DNA from: Alphaproteobacteria bacterium
GTDB lineage: Bacteria; Pseudomonadota; Alphaproteobacteria; Bin95
NCBI GenBank assembly: GCA_963665325.3
Contig: OZ224045.1
Coordinates: forward strand, 2,176,001-2,240,000
DNA: 64,000 nt
Reading direction: 5' to 3'
Positions 29,152 through 38,900 of this stretch are shown one piece after another. Each line of letters opens with the position of its first letter. Within the stretch, counting starts at the first letter, position 1. The notes under the pieces were generated by a model that saw only the letters and a list, made by a program, of their open reading frames with translations, searched no databases and had not been told where the DNA came from. A program made the translations under genes and the position numbers.

Positions 29152-29232
29152 CGGCTCACCAGCCTCTCCGGTGGCCCGGAGCATGGCTCCCGAGCCCGCC
29201 TGGCGCAAGCCGGCGCCCGAAATCCGCTCCCG

Positions 29233-29934
29233 CTATACCCCGAGCCAGCGTTCGAGGTCCGCGCGCCCTCCGGTCAGGTCCTCGCTGCTGCCCGTCCACA
29301 CGATACGGCCCTTCTCGACGATATAATGCCGGTCCGCAAGGCGGGCGAGATCGGCCACATTCCGGTCTATGGCGAGGATCGCCTGCCCCTCGGCCTTCAG
29401 GCCGGCGAGGCACTCCCAGATGCGCCGGCGAACCAGCGGCGCGAGTCCCTCGGTCGCCTCGTCCAACACGAGCAGCTTCGGATTGGTCATAAGTGCACGC
29501 CCGATCGCCAGCATCTGCTGTTCGCCGCCCGAAAGCAGGTTGCCCATATTGCGCCGGCGCGCTTCCAGTTCCGGGAACATGGTGAAAATGCGGGGGGCCG
29601 TCCACGGATTGGCCTGCGTGCCGCGATTGCCGGCTGCCGCTACGAGATTCTCCTCGACCGTCAGATTCGGGAATACCTGCCGCCCCTCGGGCACAAGGCC
29701 GAGGCCGAGCCGCGCGATACGATGGGACGGCATGCCCCGCAATTCGCGCCCCTGGAACAGGATTGCGCCTGCCGCAGGCGGCACGATGCCGAACAGCGAG
29801 CTCACGGTGGTCGTCTTGCCCATGCCGTTGCGGCCCATGAAGCCCACCGCCTCGCCCTCGCCAACCTCCAGCGAAACGCCGAACAGCGCCTGGCTGCGCC
29901 CGTAAAACGTCTCCAGGTCCTCGATCCGAAGCAT
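29233..29934 (-). CDS. ABC transporter ATP-binding protein (LivF type)
   Basis: GRNGMGKTT, LSGGEQQMLAIGRAL, LDEATEGLAP. Confidence 0.95.
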   Translation of the reverse strand: MLRIEDLETFYGRSQALFGVSLEVGEGEAVGFMGRNGMGKTTTVSSLFGIVPPAAGAILFQGRELRGMPSHRIARLGLGLVPEGRQVFPNLTVEENLVAAAGNRGTQANPWTAPRIFTMFPELEARRRNMGNLLSGGEQQMLAIGRALMTNPKLLVLDEATEGLAPLVRRRIWECLAGLKAEGQAILAIDRNVADLARLADRHYIVEKGRIVWTGSSEDLTGGRADLERWLGV

Positions 29935-29935
29935 G

Positions 29936-30691
29936 TCAGGCCGCTTCGTCGCCGAGATAGGCGCGGCGCACGGCCTCGTCGGCGCGCACGGCAGTCGGCG
30001 TCCCCGAAGCGGCGATGCGTCCGCCGACCAGCACGCTTATCCGGTCGGCGAGTGCGAACACGACATCCATGTCGTGCTCGACCAGCAGCATGGTCTTTTC
30101 GCCTTTCAGGCCTTCGAGAATGCCGGTCATGCGCCGGCTCTCCTCGGCGCTCATGCCGGCCATCGGCTCGTCCAGCAGCAGGAGTTCCGGTTCCGCCGCC
30201 AGCGTCATCGCGATTTCGAGCTGGCGGTGCTCGCCGTGGCTGACGGCTCCGGCGCGGTCGTCGGCCGCATGGGCGAGGCCGACCCGCTCCAGCGCCGCCG
30301 CCGCCGGTTCGACAAGATCCGGGTCATTCCTGGCAGGCCGCCAGAACCGGAAACTGCGGCCATCGCGCGCCAGCACCGCCAGCATTACATTGTCGAGCAC
30401 CCGCATCTCCGGCATGACGCTCGTGATCTGGAACGAGCGTGCAAACCCCAGCCTCGCACGTGCATGGGCCGGTCGGCGGGCGATATCGCGTCCGCCGAGC
30501 AGGATGCGGCCGCCGTCGGGCCGCAACTCCCCGGCAAGCAGGGAGATCAGCGTTGTCTTGCCGGCCCCGTTCGGTCCGATGACGGCATGAACCTCGCCTC
30601 GTTTCACCTCCATCGACACGCCATCGACGGCGGCGACCCCGCCGAAGTTCTTCTGGAGGCTCTCGACCCGAAGCAGCGCTTCTTCAGCCAC
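29936..30691 (-). CDS. ABC transporter ATP-binding protein (LivG type)
   Basis: GPNGAGKTT, LLDEPMAG, EHDMD, VRRAYLG. Confidence 0.95.
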   Translation of the reverse strand: MAEEALLRVESLQKNFGGVAAVDGVSMEVKRGEVHAVIGPNGAGKTTLISLLAGELRPDGGRILLGGRDIARRPAHARARLGFARSFQITSVMPEMRVLDNVMLAVLARDGRSFRFWRPARNDPDLVEPAAAALERVGLAHAADDRAGAVSHGEHRQLEIAMTLAAEPELLLLDEPMAGMSAEESRRMTGILEGLKGEKTMLLVEHDMDVVFALADRISVLVGGRIAASGTPTAVRADEAVRRAYLGDEAA

Positions 30692-31607
30692 GACGCCCCT
30701 CCAGCAGCCCCGCGAGGCCGCCGCGCGCAAACAGCACGACCAGGATCAGCAGGAGACCGAAGGGAAGCTGCCAGTAGATCGTCCAGCCCGACAGCATCTC
30801 CTCCAGCAACAGGAACACCGCGGCGCCCATCAGCGGGCCGAACAGCGCACCCGTGCCGCCAAGGACCACCATGAAGATCAGCTCGCCCGAGCGCGTCCAG
30901 TCCATCATCTCGGGGCTGATGAAGTTGGTGAAATTGCCGAGCATCGCGCCACTGAGGCCGCACAGTGCGCCGGCCAGCGTGTAGGCGGCAAGACGGTGGC
31001 GGTAGAAGGCGAAGCCCAGCGAGGCCATGCGGCGTTCGTTTCCCCTGGCGCCCTCGATCACCATGCCGAACCGCGTGCGCACCAGCCGGTGCACCGCATA
31101 CAGCGTGCCGATCAGGACGGCGAAGCAGACATAATAGAGGGTGAGCCCGTCCTCCAGATCGACCAGCGGGAACTCCGAGCGGATGTCGATCACGAGGCCG
31201 TCATCGCCTCCGTATTCCTCGATGCTGACCACGGCGAAGAACACCATCTGGGCGAAGGCCATGGTGATCATGATGAAATAGACGCCGCGCGTGCGCAGCG
31301 CGATCGCGCCGGTGGCGAGCGCGAACAGGGCGGAACAGGCGACCGCGATCAAGAGATGCAACCAGCCGTCGTAGATTTCGTAATAGGCCGGAATGCCGAC
31401 GGCATAGGCGCCGATACCGATATAGGCCGCATGGCCGAAGCTGATCATGCCGCCATGGCCCAGGATGAGATTCAGTGAGGTGGCGGCCGCGGCAAGGCAG
31501 ACGAGGCGCGTCAGGATATCGACATAGAAGGGCTGGCCTGCGGCCAGTGCCAGCGGCGGACCGACGGCGAGCGCCGCCAGCAGCAGCCAGCCGACAGCCC
31601 GGCTCAT
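30684..31607 (-). CDS. ABC transporter permease (LivM type)
   Basis: GMISFGHAAYIGIGAY, RTRGVYFIMIT. Confidence 0.93.
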   Translation of the reverse strand: MSRAVGWLLLAALAVGPPLALAAGQPFYVDILTRLVCLAAAATSLNLILGHGGMISFGHAAYIGIGAYAVGIPAYYEIYDGWLHLLIAVACSALFALATGAIALRTRGVYFIMITMAFAQMVFFAVVSIEEYGGDDGLVIDIRSEFPLVDLEDGLTLYYVCFAVLIGTLYAVHRLVRTRFGMVIEGARGNERRMASLGFAFYRHRLAAYTLAGALCGLSGAMLGNFTNFISPEMMDWTRSGELIFMVVLGGTGALFGPLMGAAVFLLLEEMLSGWTIYWQLPFGLLLILVVLFARGGLAGLLEGRRG

Positions 31608-32527
31608 CGCGTCTTCGGCGGGAATAGGCCCTGCGGACGGAAGGCCAGCACGGACGCCATCAGGATGTAGATCAGCATTGCCGAAAGCGCAGGCGCGGAC
31701 GTCTCCGCCGCCTGCGCGCTCATCAACAGCTTGAGCCCCATGTCGAGGAAGGACCGGCCCATGGTGTCGATCATCCCGATCAGCAGCGCAGCCACGAAGG
31801 CGCCCCGGATGGACCCGATGCCTCCCACGATGACGACGACAAAGGCCGTGATGATGATCTCGTTGCCCATCCCGATAGAGGCTTCGGTGATCGGCGCGAT
31901 CATCATGCCGGCAAGCCCCGCCATGACGGCGCCGAGCGCAAACACCAGCGTGAACAGGAGGCCGATGTCGATGCCGAGCGCGCCTGCCATGGCCGGGTTG
32001 GAGGCGCCTGCCCGGATGCGCATGCCGAGCCGCGTCTTCGTGACCAGCACATAGAGCCCGGCGGCCACGGCAAGCCCGGCCCCGATAATCAGCAGCCGGT
32101 AGGTCGGGAACACCAGCCCGCCCGGCAATATCTGCTGCCCGTCCGCCCAGGCCGGCAGGCGGATCGCCATGCCCTCCGGACCCCAGAGGATCTGCACCAG
32201 GGCATCGAAGCAGAGAATGAGCCCGAAGGTGGCCAGCACATGGTCCAGATGGTCGCGGCGGTAGAGGCGGCGCACCACGAGAAGCTCGACCGCTGCGCCG
32301 ACCAGTGCCGTAGCCGGCAGCGCAAGCGCCACCGCCAACAGGAAGGAGTCCGTCGCATCCGTCAGCGTGGCGCAGAAGTAGGCGCCCACCATGTAGAGCG
32401 AGCCATGCGCCAGATTGACGAAGTCCATGATGCCGAAGATGAGCGTCAGCCCGGAGGCGAGCAGAAACAGCAGCACTCCGAGCTGAAGCCCGTTCAGCAG
32501 TTGCGCAGCGACAAGACCCGCATCCAT
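31604..32527 (-). CDS. ABC transporter permease (LivH type)
   Basis: GLTLIFGIMDFVNLAHGSLYM, RPQGLF. Confidence 0.93.
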   Translation of the reverse strand: MDAGLVAAQLLNGLQLGVLLFLLASGLTLIFGIMDFVNLAHGSLYMVGAYFCATLTDATDSFLLAVALALPATALVGAAVELLVVRRLYRRDHLDHVLATFGLILCFDALVQILWGPEGMAIRLPAWADGQQILPGGLVFPTYRLLIIGAGLAVAAGLYVLVTKTRLGMRIRAGASNPAMAGALGIDIGLLFTLVFALGAVMAGLAGMMIAPITEASIGMGNEIIITAFVVVIVGGIGSIRGAFVAALLIGMIDTMGRSFLDMGLKLLMSAQAAETSAPALSAMLIYILMASVLAFRPQGLFPPKTR

Positions 32528-32546
32528 GGGCGGGCCGCCTTCTTCG

Positions 32547-33731
32547 CTACATCTTGCAGTCGGCGGCGTAAACGTCCTGGTGGTCCTTCAGCACGGTATC
32601 GACCACCGTCGTTGTCCACACGCCGTCAGCGTCCTCCACCACCTGCCTCAGATAGAAGTTCTGAATCGGGAAGTGGTTGTTGCCGTAGCGGAAGGGCCCG
32701 CGCACGGAGGGGAAGTCGGCCTTCTTCATGGCCGCGCGCATTCCGTCCATGTCGTCGAGATTGCCGCCGACGGCCTCGACCGCGCTCTTGATGAGGAAGA
32801 TCGTGTCGTAGGACTGCGCGGCGTAGAAGGACGGGTAGCGCCCATAGGCCTTCTTGAAGCCCGAGACGAACTGCTTGTTCTGCGGCGTGTCGAGGTCGGG
32901 GCCCCAGAACTGCGTGTTCAGCGAGCCGAGCACGCCGGTCATGGCCGCCTCCTGGAGCTTCGGCAGCGCGATCGAGTCGACGGTGAACACCGTATAGAGC
33001 GCAATTTCGTCCTGCAGGCCGGCCTGCTGGTACTGTTTGATGAAGGCGCCACCGGCCTTGCCGGGATAGAACACGAAGATCCCGTCCGCGCCGGAGGCCT
33101 TGGCCTTCGCCAGTTCGGCGGAGAAATCGAGCTGGGCGTCCTTGCCCCACTTGGTCATGTCCTTGCCGAGAATCTCACCTTTGAAGGTGCGCTCGACGCC
33201 GGAGACCATGTTCTTGCCGGCGGCGTAGTTGGGCGCCATCACGTAGAGCGATTTGACGCCCCGCTGGTTCAGGACCTCGCCCATCGCCATCGGCGTCTGG
33301 TCGTTCTGCCAGGAGGTGGAGAAGAAGTTCTCATGGCAGAGCTTGCCGGCGATCTGCGAGGGGCCGGCATTGGAGCTGATGAGGAACTTGCCGCCGTCCA
33401 GTGCGGACTTGCGCGAGGCCAGCAGCACATGGGACCAGATGAACCCGGCGACGAATTGCACATCGTCCTGCTTGACCAGCTTGTCGGTCTTCTGCTTGCC
33501 GGTCTCCGGCTTGAAACCGTCGTCCTCGATGATGAGCTCGACCTCGAGGCCGCCCATCTTGCCGCCGATGTCCTGCATCGCGAGATTGACGGCATCGACC
33601 ATGTCGCGCCCGATGACGCCCGCAGGCGTGGTGACCGTCGTGATGAAACCTATTTTCACCTTGTCGGCGCCGAAAGACGGCGACGCCAACAGCGCGGCGG
33701 CAGCCGCCAGCGCTAGCGCGGTTTTCTTCAT
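32547..33731 (-). CDS. ABC transporter substrate-binding protein (Liv-type, aromatic-acid-binding-like)
   Basis: Sec signal; EDDGFKPETG, SNAGPSQIAG, FFSTSWQNDQ, SVRGPFRYGNNHFPIQ. Confidence 0.9.
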   Translation of the reverse strand: MKKTALALAAAAALLASPSFGADKVKIGFITTVTTPAGVIGRDMVDAVNLAMQDIGGKMGGLEVELIIEDDGFKPETGKQKTDKLVKQDDVQFVAGFIWSHVLLASRKSALDGGKFLISSNAGPSQIAGKLCHENFFSTSWQNDQTPMAMGEVLNQRGVKSLYVMAPNYAAGKNMVSGVERTFKGEILGKDMTKWGKDAQLDFSAELAKAKASGADGIFVFYPGKAGGAFIKQYQQAGLQDEIALYTVFTVDSIALPKLQEAAMTGVLGSLNTQFWGPDLDTPQNKQFVSGFKKAYGRYPSFYAAQSYDTIFLIKSAVEAVGGNLDDMDGMRAAMKKADFPSVRGPFRYGNNHFPIQNFYLRQVVEDADGVWTTTVVDTVLKDHQDVYAADCKM

Positions 33732-33828
33732 GTCGTGAAACCTCCCCGGTATGGCGGCAGACCGCCGGACTGCCGTAATCTATCGCCTTTCCGCCCTGGA
33801 CGGAAACCGTTGCGGGGGCGGGTGGAGG

Positions 33829-35292
33829 TCAGCGCAAATAGCGCTCACTGACGTGGCGGAGGAAGGCGCCGGTGTCGAGCGGTCGCCCCGTCGCCTGCTC
33901 GACGAGGCCGTCCGAGGAGGCATCGAAGCAACCCCGGCTGTGCACTTTTCCCCTGAGCCAGCCCACCAGGGGCTTGAAATTGCCCTGCCCGATTTCCCAG
34001 TCGAGGCCGGGCAATGCCGCCCGCATGGCTTCTGCGAGTTGCGCGGCCATGAGCGCGCCGAGCGTGTATGTCGGGAAATATCCGAAAGAGCCGCCCGACC
34101 AGTGGATATCCTGCATGCAGCCTTCGCGGGGGCCCGGCGGGCGGATGTCGAGGAGGGACTCGACGGCATCGTCGAAGGCGTCGGGCAGGTCCGCCGGATC
34201 GAGCTCGCCCGAAATCAACGCGGTTTCGCAACGGTGGCGGACCGCGATATGCAGCGGATAGCTCACTTCGTCGGCCTCGACCCGGATTAGCCCCGGCTCG
34301 ACATGCGTAAGTACGCCGTAGAGCCTCTCCGGCTCCCACGCGCCTTCCGCACCGAATTCCTCTTGCAGCAGGCGCGCATAGTGGACAGCGAAGGCCCGCG
34401 AACGGCAGGCCTGCATCTCGATCGACAGCGACTGGCTTTCATGCGCCGTCATCCCCCGGTTCCGGCCGACAGGCTGCCGGGCCCAGTCCCCGGGCAGGCC
34501 GCGGGTATAGAGCGCGTGCCCACTCTCGTGCAGCACCCCCATCAGGGCTTCCCCCGGCGGCCCCGAATAACGGGTGGTGATACGCACATCGTCGCGCTCA
34601 CCCGTCGAAAACGGGTGCGCTGACTCGTCTAGCCGCACATGCCGCTCTTCGAGTCCCAGCATGGCCATCATCCGCCGGGCGAGTCGCTCGAGCCCGTCCC
34701 GCGGCCCCTCCGGCCCCGGGGGCTTCGGCCCGCCCCGGACCCTGTCGATCGCGCCTGGCAGGACCGCTTCCAGTTCCTCGAACATGGCCGTGACGTCTTC
34801 GTTGCGCCGGCCCGGGTCGTAGATGTCGAGCAGCGCATCATAGGGCGCAAGACCCCGCGCCTCGCCCTTGATCTGCGCTTCCTCCCGGGTGCGTTCCACA
34901 ACTTCGCGGAGTGCCGGCAGGAAAGCCGCGAAATCCCCTCGAGGTCGTGCCGCGTGCCACACTGCCTGCGCCCTCGAGACGGCCCGCGCCTTCGCTTCCA
35001 CCAGCTCCGCCGGCACAGCGACGGCAGCCCGGTGCTGGCGGCGCATTTCCCGCAGATTGGCCGCCTGCCAGGGCTCTTCCGTTTCAGCGGTCGCCAGCGC
35101 TTCGGCCGCCTCCGGCGCGATCAGCAGCTCGTGCGCGAGCCCGCCGAGAGTGGCCAGCTGATGCCCCCGCGAGGCCTCGCCTCCGGGCGGCCCGTAGGTC
35201 AACGAATACCAGCGCACCGTTCGCGCAGCCGCATTGAGGTCGGCGATGCGCGCAAAACGACGCTCCAGCTGTTCATAGCTCCCGTTATTCAT
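33829..35292 (-). CDS. M32 carboxypeptidase (Taq type)
   Basis: HPF, RITTRY, HESGH, HESQS, IRVEADE, QDIHW, GYFPTYTLG. Confidence 0.94.
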   Translation of the reverse strand: MNNGSYEQLERRFARIADLNAAARTVRWYSLTYGPPGGEASRGHQLATLGGLAHELLIAPEAAEALATAETEEPWQAANLREMRRQHRAAVAVPAELVEAKARAVSRAQAVWHAARPRGDFAAFLPALREVVERTREEAQIKGEARGLAPYDALLDIYDPGRRNEDVTAMFEELEAVLPGAIDRVRGGPKPPGPEGPRDGLERLARRMMAMLGLEERHVRLDESAHPFSTGERDDVRITTRYSGPPGEALMGVLHESGHALYTRGLPGDWARQPVGRNRGMTAHESQSLSIEMQACRSRAFAVHYARLLQEEFGAEGAWEPERLYGVLTHVEPGLIRVEADEVSYPLHIAVRHRCETALISGELDPADLPDAFDDAVESLLDIRPPGPREGCMQDIHWSGGSFGYFPTYTLGALMAAQLAEAMRAALPGLDWEIGQGNFKPLVGWLRGKVHSRGCFDASSDGLVEQATGRPLDTGAFLRHVSERYLR

Positions 35293-35426
35293 CCGGACCC
35301 CCCCCGTTCCGCAAACCCTGTGCGGGATGTCTGCAATACATCCCGGAAGACCGCGGCGGCAAGGCTACCGAAACGTCGTTCAGCCTGCTTGACGCGTTCG
35401 ACGGCTAGCTGCCGGGACACTCCGTG

Positions 35427-36269
35427 TCAGCCGGGCCCGTCGCGACGGTTGATCGCATAGTCTCCCGCGCCGCGCCGCAGGGGCTGCGTCAGCATCCTGT
35501 GCAGGTGCAGCTCTCGGCGCTCCCGGAACGTGTCGAGGCCGATCGTCATGCGCTCGTGCCCGAGACCCGGCTGCGCCCGGTAGGTGCCGAACAGGCGGTC
35601 CCACCAGGGCAGGTTGAAGCCGAAATTGCTGTTGGTCTCGGCCGGGGCGTCGGAATGGTGCACACGGTGCATGTCCGGCGTCACGACGATCCAGCGCAGC
35701 GCGCGGTCCAGCCGGGCCGGCAGCCGCACATTGCCGTGGTTGAACATCGAGGTCCCGTTCAACAGGACTTCAAAAACGAGCACCGCGACCGCCGGCGGGC
35801 CGAGAAGGGCGACCGCCGCTATCTTGATCGCTACCGACACGAGAATCTCGACAGGATGGAACCGCGCTCCGGTGGTCACGTCGAAATCGAGATCGGCATG
35901 GTGCATGCGATGCAGCCGCCACAGCGCGGGCACCGCGTGGAACATCACATGCTGGAGGTAGATCGCGAGGTCGAGGACAACGACCGCCAGCACGATTTCC
36001 AGCCAGAAAGGCAGCTCGACAAGGTTGAGAATGCCCCAGCCGCGGATTCCGGCGATTACGGCCAGCGCGACCGGGGCCAGAGGGACGAGAACCCATACCA
36101 GCGCCGTATTCAGCGCCGCCGCGCCCAGATTGGCATACCAGCGCAACCAGCGCGGCTGGGACAGCCGTCTGCGGGGTCGGGCCAGTTCCCACAGCGCAAT
36201 GAGAGCGAAGACGCCAAGGAAGAACCCCAGCCGGATCGCCTGTTCGCCGGTATCGAAAAGCTCCGGCAT
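35427..36269 (-). CDS. Sterol desaturase/fatty acid hydroxylase family
   Basis: His boxes HVMFH, HRMHH, FNH, HRVHH; WWDRLFGT. Confidence 0.92.
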   Translation of the reverse strand: MPELFDTGEQAIRLGFFLGVFALIALWELARPRRRLSQPRWLRWYANLGAAALNTALVWVLVPLAPVALAVIAGIRGWGILNLVELPFWLEIVLAVVVLDLAIYLQHVMFHAVPALWRLHRMHHADLDFDVTTGARFHPVEILVSVAIKIAAVALLGPPAVAVLVFEVLLNGTSMFNHGNVRLPARLDRALRWIVVTPDMHRVHHSDAPAETNSNFGFNLPWWDRLFGTYRAQPGLGHERMTIGLDTFRERRELHLHRMLTQPLRRGAGDYAINRRDGPG

Positions 36270-36374
36270 TCCCCGACCCCGACAAGCGGTTGACGCGCCG
36301 GCGGCCCCACATCGCTACCCGCGCACTGTACGCGACTCAGGGTATCAGACGGGCCGGCCCTGCACGATGGCCGG

Positions 36375-37631
36375 TCAGCCCACCGGCCTGCCCTCCGCGT
36401 CGAAGCGGTTGGGAGCGGGATCCACGATGCGGGGGCCGTCGGGGGCGATTTCGAATACGGCCAGCGCCCTCTGGACCGCGCCGTCGGGCCGGAAACGGAA
36501 GAAGCCGCCGGCGCCGAAAAATCCGTCCGGGGCGGTGAGCGCGGCCATGTCGAGCACAGCCGAGCGCCGGTCTTCCGCCAGCAGCGCGGCGATTGCGGTC
36601 GCATCGTAGGCAAGCCCGGCCAGACGGGGCGCCGCCGCGCCGTACGCGGCCATGTAGCGCCGGGCGAAGAGGTCGAATGCTTCCGGCGGCGGACCCGCGT
36701 ACCAGGCTCCGGCAAGGCTCGGCTCGTCGAGCGGGAGCCGGTCGGGCCGGACGCCCGCCGCGAGATATCGAACCTGCTTCGGGTCGACGCCGTGGAAGGC
36801 GAGCAGAGCCGCTGTCGAGCGCAAGGCCTCTCCTTCGGCCGCGATCAGCACGGCGTCGAAAGGCGGGGGCCGCTCGTCCGTCTCCGGCGTGCGCTTGACC
36901 GGAGCGCCGGCGAATATTCGGACGCGCTCGGAAAGCGCCTTCGCGTCGAGGCCGGCGGAGAGGAAACCGCGCCGGACTACGACGGCGCCGTGTTTGCCGG
37001 CAGCGCGCCCGGCGGCCTCGGCGGTATAACGGCCGAACCCCGTATCGTAAGCCAGCAGGCCCAGCCGCCTCCGGCCCTCCGCAACGGTGTGACCGATCAG
37101 GCGTTCCACCTCTTCCTCCGGCGGCAGGCCGAACAGCCAGACGCCCTGTCGGAGGGCCGTGCGGTCATTCGAGAAGGCGAAGACAGGCAGGTTCTGCGCC
37201 CGCGCCGCCTCGGCTGCCGCCGAGACATTCGACCCGAAAATCGGCCCGAGCAGGACTCCGGCACCGCGCTCCACAGACTGGCGCGCTGCCTCCGCAGCAC
37301 CCGCCCGATTGCCGGCGGTATCCATCGGCATCAGCACGAAGTCCTCGCCGGCGGCGTCGTACAAGGCCAGCTGGGCGGCGTTCAGCATCGCCGCACCGAG
37401 CTCTGCATGGCGGCCCGAAAACGGGGACAGCAGGGCGGCGCGAAAAACCGCCGGCGAAGAAGGTGCGGCTGCCGGCGCTTGCGGCGTCGGCGCAGCCGGC
37501 GGGGCGACCTTGACGGGCGCTTTCGCCGGAGGTCTCGGCGGGCTAGGCTCACCTGTTCCCGAAGGCTGGCAGGCGACCAGCCCCATGCCAAGCAGCGCGA
37601 AAGAGGCGTAACGCCAGGATGCCGTGTTCAC
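36375..37631 (-). CDS. LppC/LpoA-like penicillin-binding protein activator lipoprotein
   Basis: Lipobox LVAC; LLSPFSG, LLGPIF, LAYDA, GFFRFRPDG; divergent from rsmI; start approximate. Confidence 0.85.
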   Translation of the reverse strand: MNTASWRYASFALLGMGLVACQPSGTGEPSPPRPPAKAPVKVAPPAAPTPQAPAAAPSSPAVFRAALLSPFSGRHAELGAAMLNAAQLALYDAAGEDFVLMPMDTAGNRAGAAEAARQSVERGAGVLLGPIFGSNVSAAAEAARAQNLPVFAFSNDRTALRQGVWLFGLPPEEEVERLIGHTVAEGRRRLGLLAYDTGFGRYTAEAAGRAAGKHGAVVVRRGFLSAGLDAKALSERVRIFAGAPVKRTPETDERPPPFDAVLIAAEGEALRSTAALLAFHGVDPKQVRYLAAGVRPDRLPLDEPSLAGAWYAGPPPEAFDLFARRYMAAYGAAAPRLAGLAYDATAIAALLAEDRRSAVLDMAALTAPDGFFGAGGFFRFRPDGAVQRALAVFEIAPDGPRIVDPAPNRFDAEGRPVG

Positions 37632-38539
37632 GACCCGTCTCCGACGGTGCAATCGGGCGCGAAGCTAATCCTCCCGGCCCGGCGCGTAAAGCGCATGATG
37701 ACAGGGCGCTGGCGCCGGCGCTCTATCTGGTGGCAACGCCCATCGGCAATGCCCGCGACATCACCTTGCGTGCCCTCGACATTCTGGCGGCGGCGGACCT
37801 GGTCGCCTGCGAGGATACGAGGGTGACCCGGCGCCTGCTGGAAATCCACGGACTGAAAGCGCGCCTAGTCGCCTATCACGATCACAATGCGGAGCGGGTG
37901 CGGCCCAGACTGATAGCCGCAATCCAGGCGGGACAGGCGGTGGCGTTGGCGAGCGATGCCGGGATGCCGCTCGTCTCGGACCCCGGCTTCGGCCTCGTGC
38001 GCGCGGTCCGGGCGGAGGGTCTCGCCGTGACTTCGGCACCAGGGGCGAATGCGGCGCTGACGGCGCTCCAATTGTCGGGCCTCGCGCCGGACCGGTTCGC
38101 ATTCCTGGGGTTCCTGCCGGCGCGGGAGGCGGCGCGCCGGCGGGCGCTCGCGCCTTGGGCCGGTGGGCCGGGGACTCTGCTCGTCTATGAGGCGGGGACG
38201 CGGCTCGCGGCCAGTCTCGCCGATATGGCGGCGGTGCTGGGCGCGCGCGAGGCAGCGGTCGCCCGGGAGCTGACCAAACGCTATGAGGAGGTTGTGCGCG
38301 GCAGGCTCGACGAACTTGCGGCGCGCTATGCGGAAGCCGGGCCGCCAAAAGGCGAAATCGTCATCGTCGTCGGGCCGCCCGCCGAGGCGGAGCCGATGGA
38401 AGTCTCCGACATGCAGCTGGCCGAGCGGATCGCCGCTCTCGGCCTCTCGCGGGCTGCCGGCGAACTGGCGGCGGTTTCCGGCCGGTCCCGCCGCGATCTT
38501 TACCGGCGGGGACTCGAACTGCTTGCCCGAAACGGGTGA
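37619..38539 (+). CDS. rsmI: 16S rRNA (cytidine1402-2'-O)-methyltransferase; start uncertain (possibly near 37709)
   Basis: LYLVATPIGN, ACEDTR, SDAGMPLVSDPG, ARELTK. Confidence 0.95.
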   Translation: MPCSRPVSDGAIGREANPPGPARKAHDDRALAPALYLVATPIGNARDITLRALDILAAADLVACEDTRVTRRLLEIHGLKARLVAYHDHNAERVRPRLIAAIQAGQAVALASDAGMPLVSDPGFGLVRAVRAEGLAVTSAPGANAALTALQLSGLAPDRFAFLGFLPAREAARRRALAPWAGGPGTLLVYEAGTRLAASLADMAAVLGAREAAVARELTKRYEEVVRGRLDELAARYAEAGPPKGEIVIVVGPPAEAEPMEVSDMQLAERIAALGLSRAAGELAAVSGRSRRDLYRRGLELLARNG

Positions 38540-38900
38540 CAGCCGCGGCCGGCGGGCCGAGCGGATCGCTGCCTGGCGGCTGCGTCTGGCAGGATACCGC
38601 CTGCTGGCGCGACGTTACCGTACGCCGGTGGGCGAGATAGACCTTGTCGCGCGCCGCGGCCGGCGGCTGGTCATGGTCGAGGTCAAGGCGCGGCCGACCG
38701 AGGCCTTGGCGCGGCAGGCCGTACCGGAACGCCAGCGCCGCCGCATCGAGATGGCTGCACGGCGCTTCTTGGCGGCAAACCCACGATACCGGGACTACGC
38801 CGTCAGGTTCGATGTCATCGCCGTGGTGCCGGGGCGGCTGCCTATCGTGATTCCGGATGCCTGGAGGGATGGGGACGGCCGCAGGCATCGGGTCGCATGA
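38523..38900 (+). CDS. yraN: YraN family nuclease
   Basis: GRRAERIA, GEIDLVA, VEVKAR, RFDVIAV; TTG start estimated. Confidence 0.92.
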   Translation: MPETGDSRGRRAERIAAWRLRLAGYRLLARRYRTPVGEIDLVARRGRRLVMVEVKARPTEALARQAVPERQRRRIEMAARRFLAANPRYRDYAVRFDVIAVVPGRLPIVIPDAWRDGDGRRHRVA

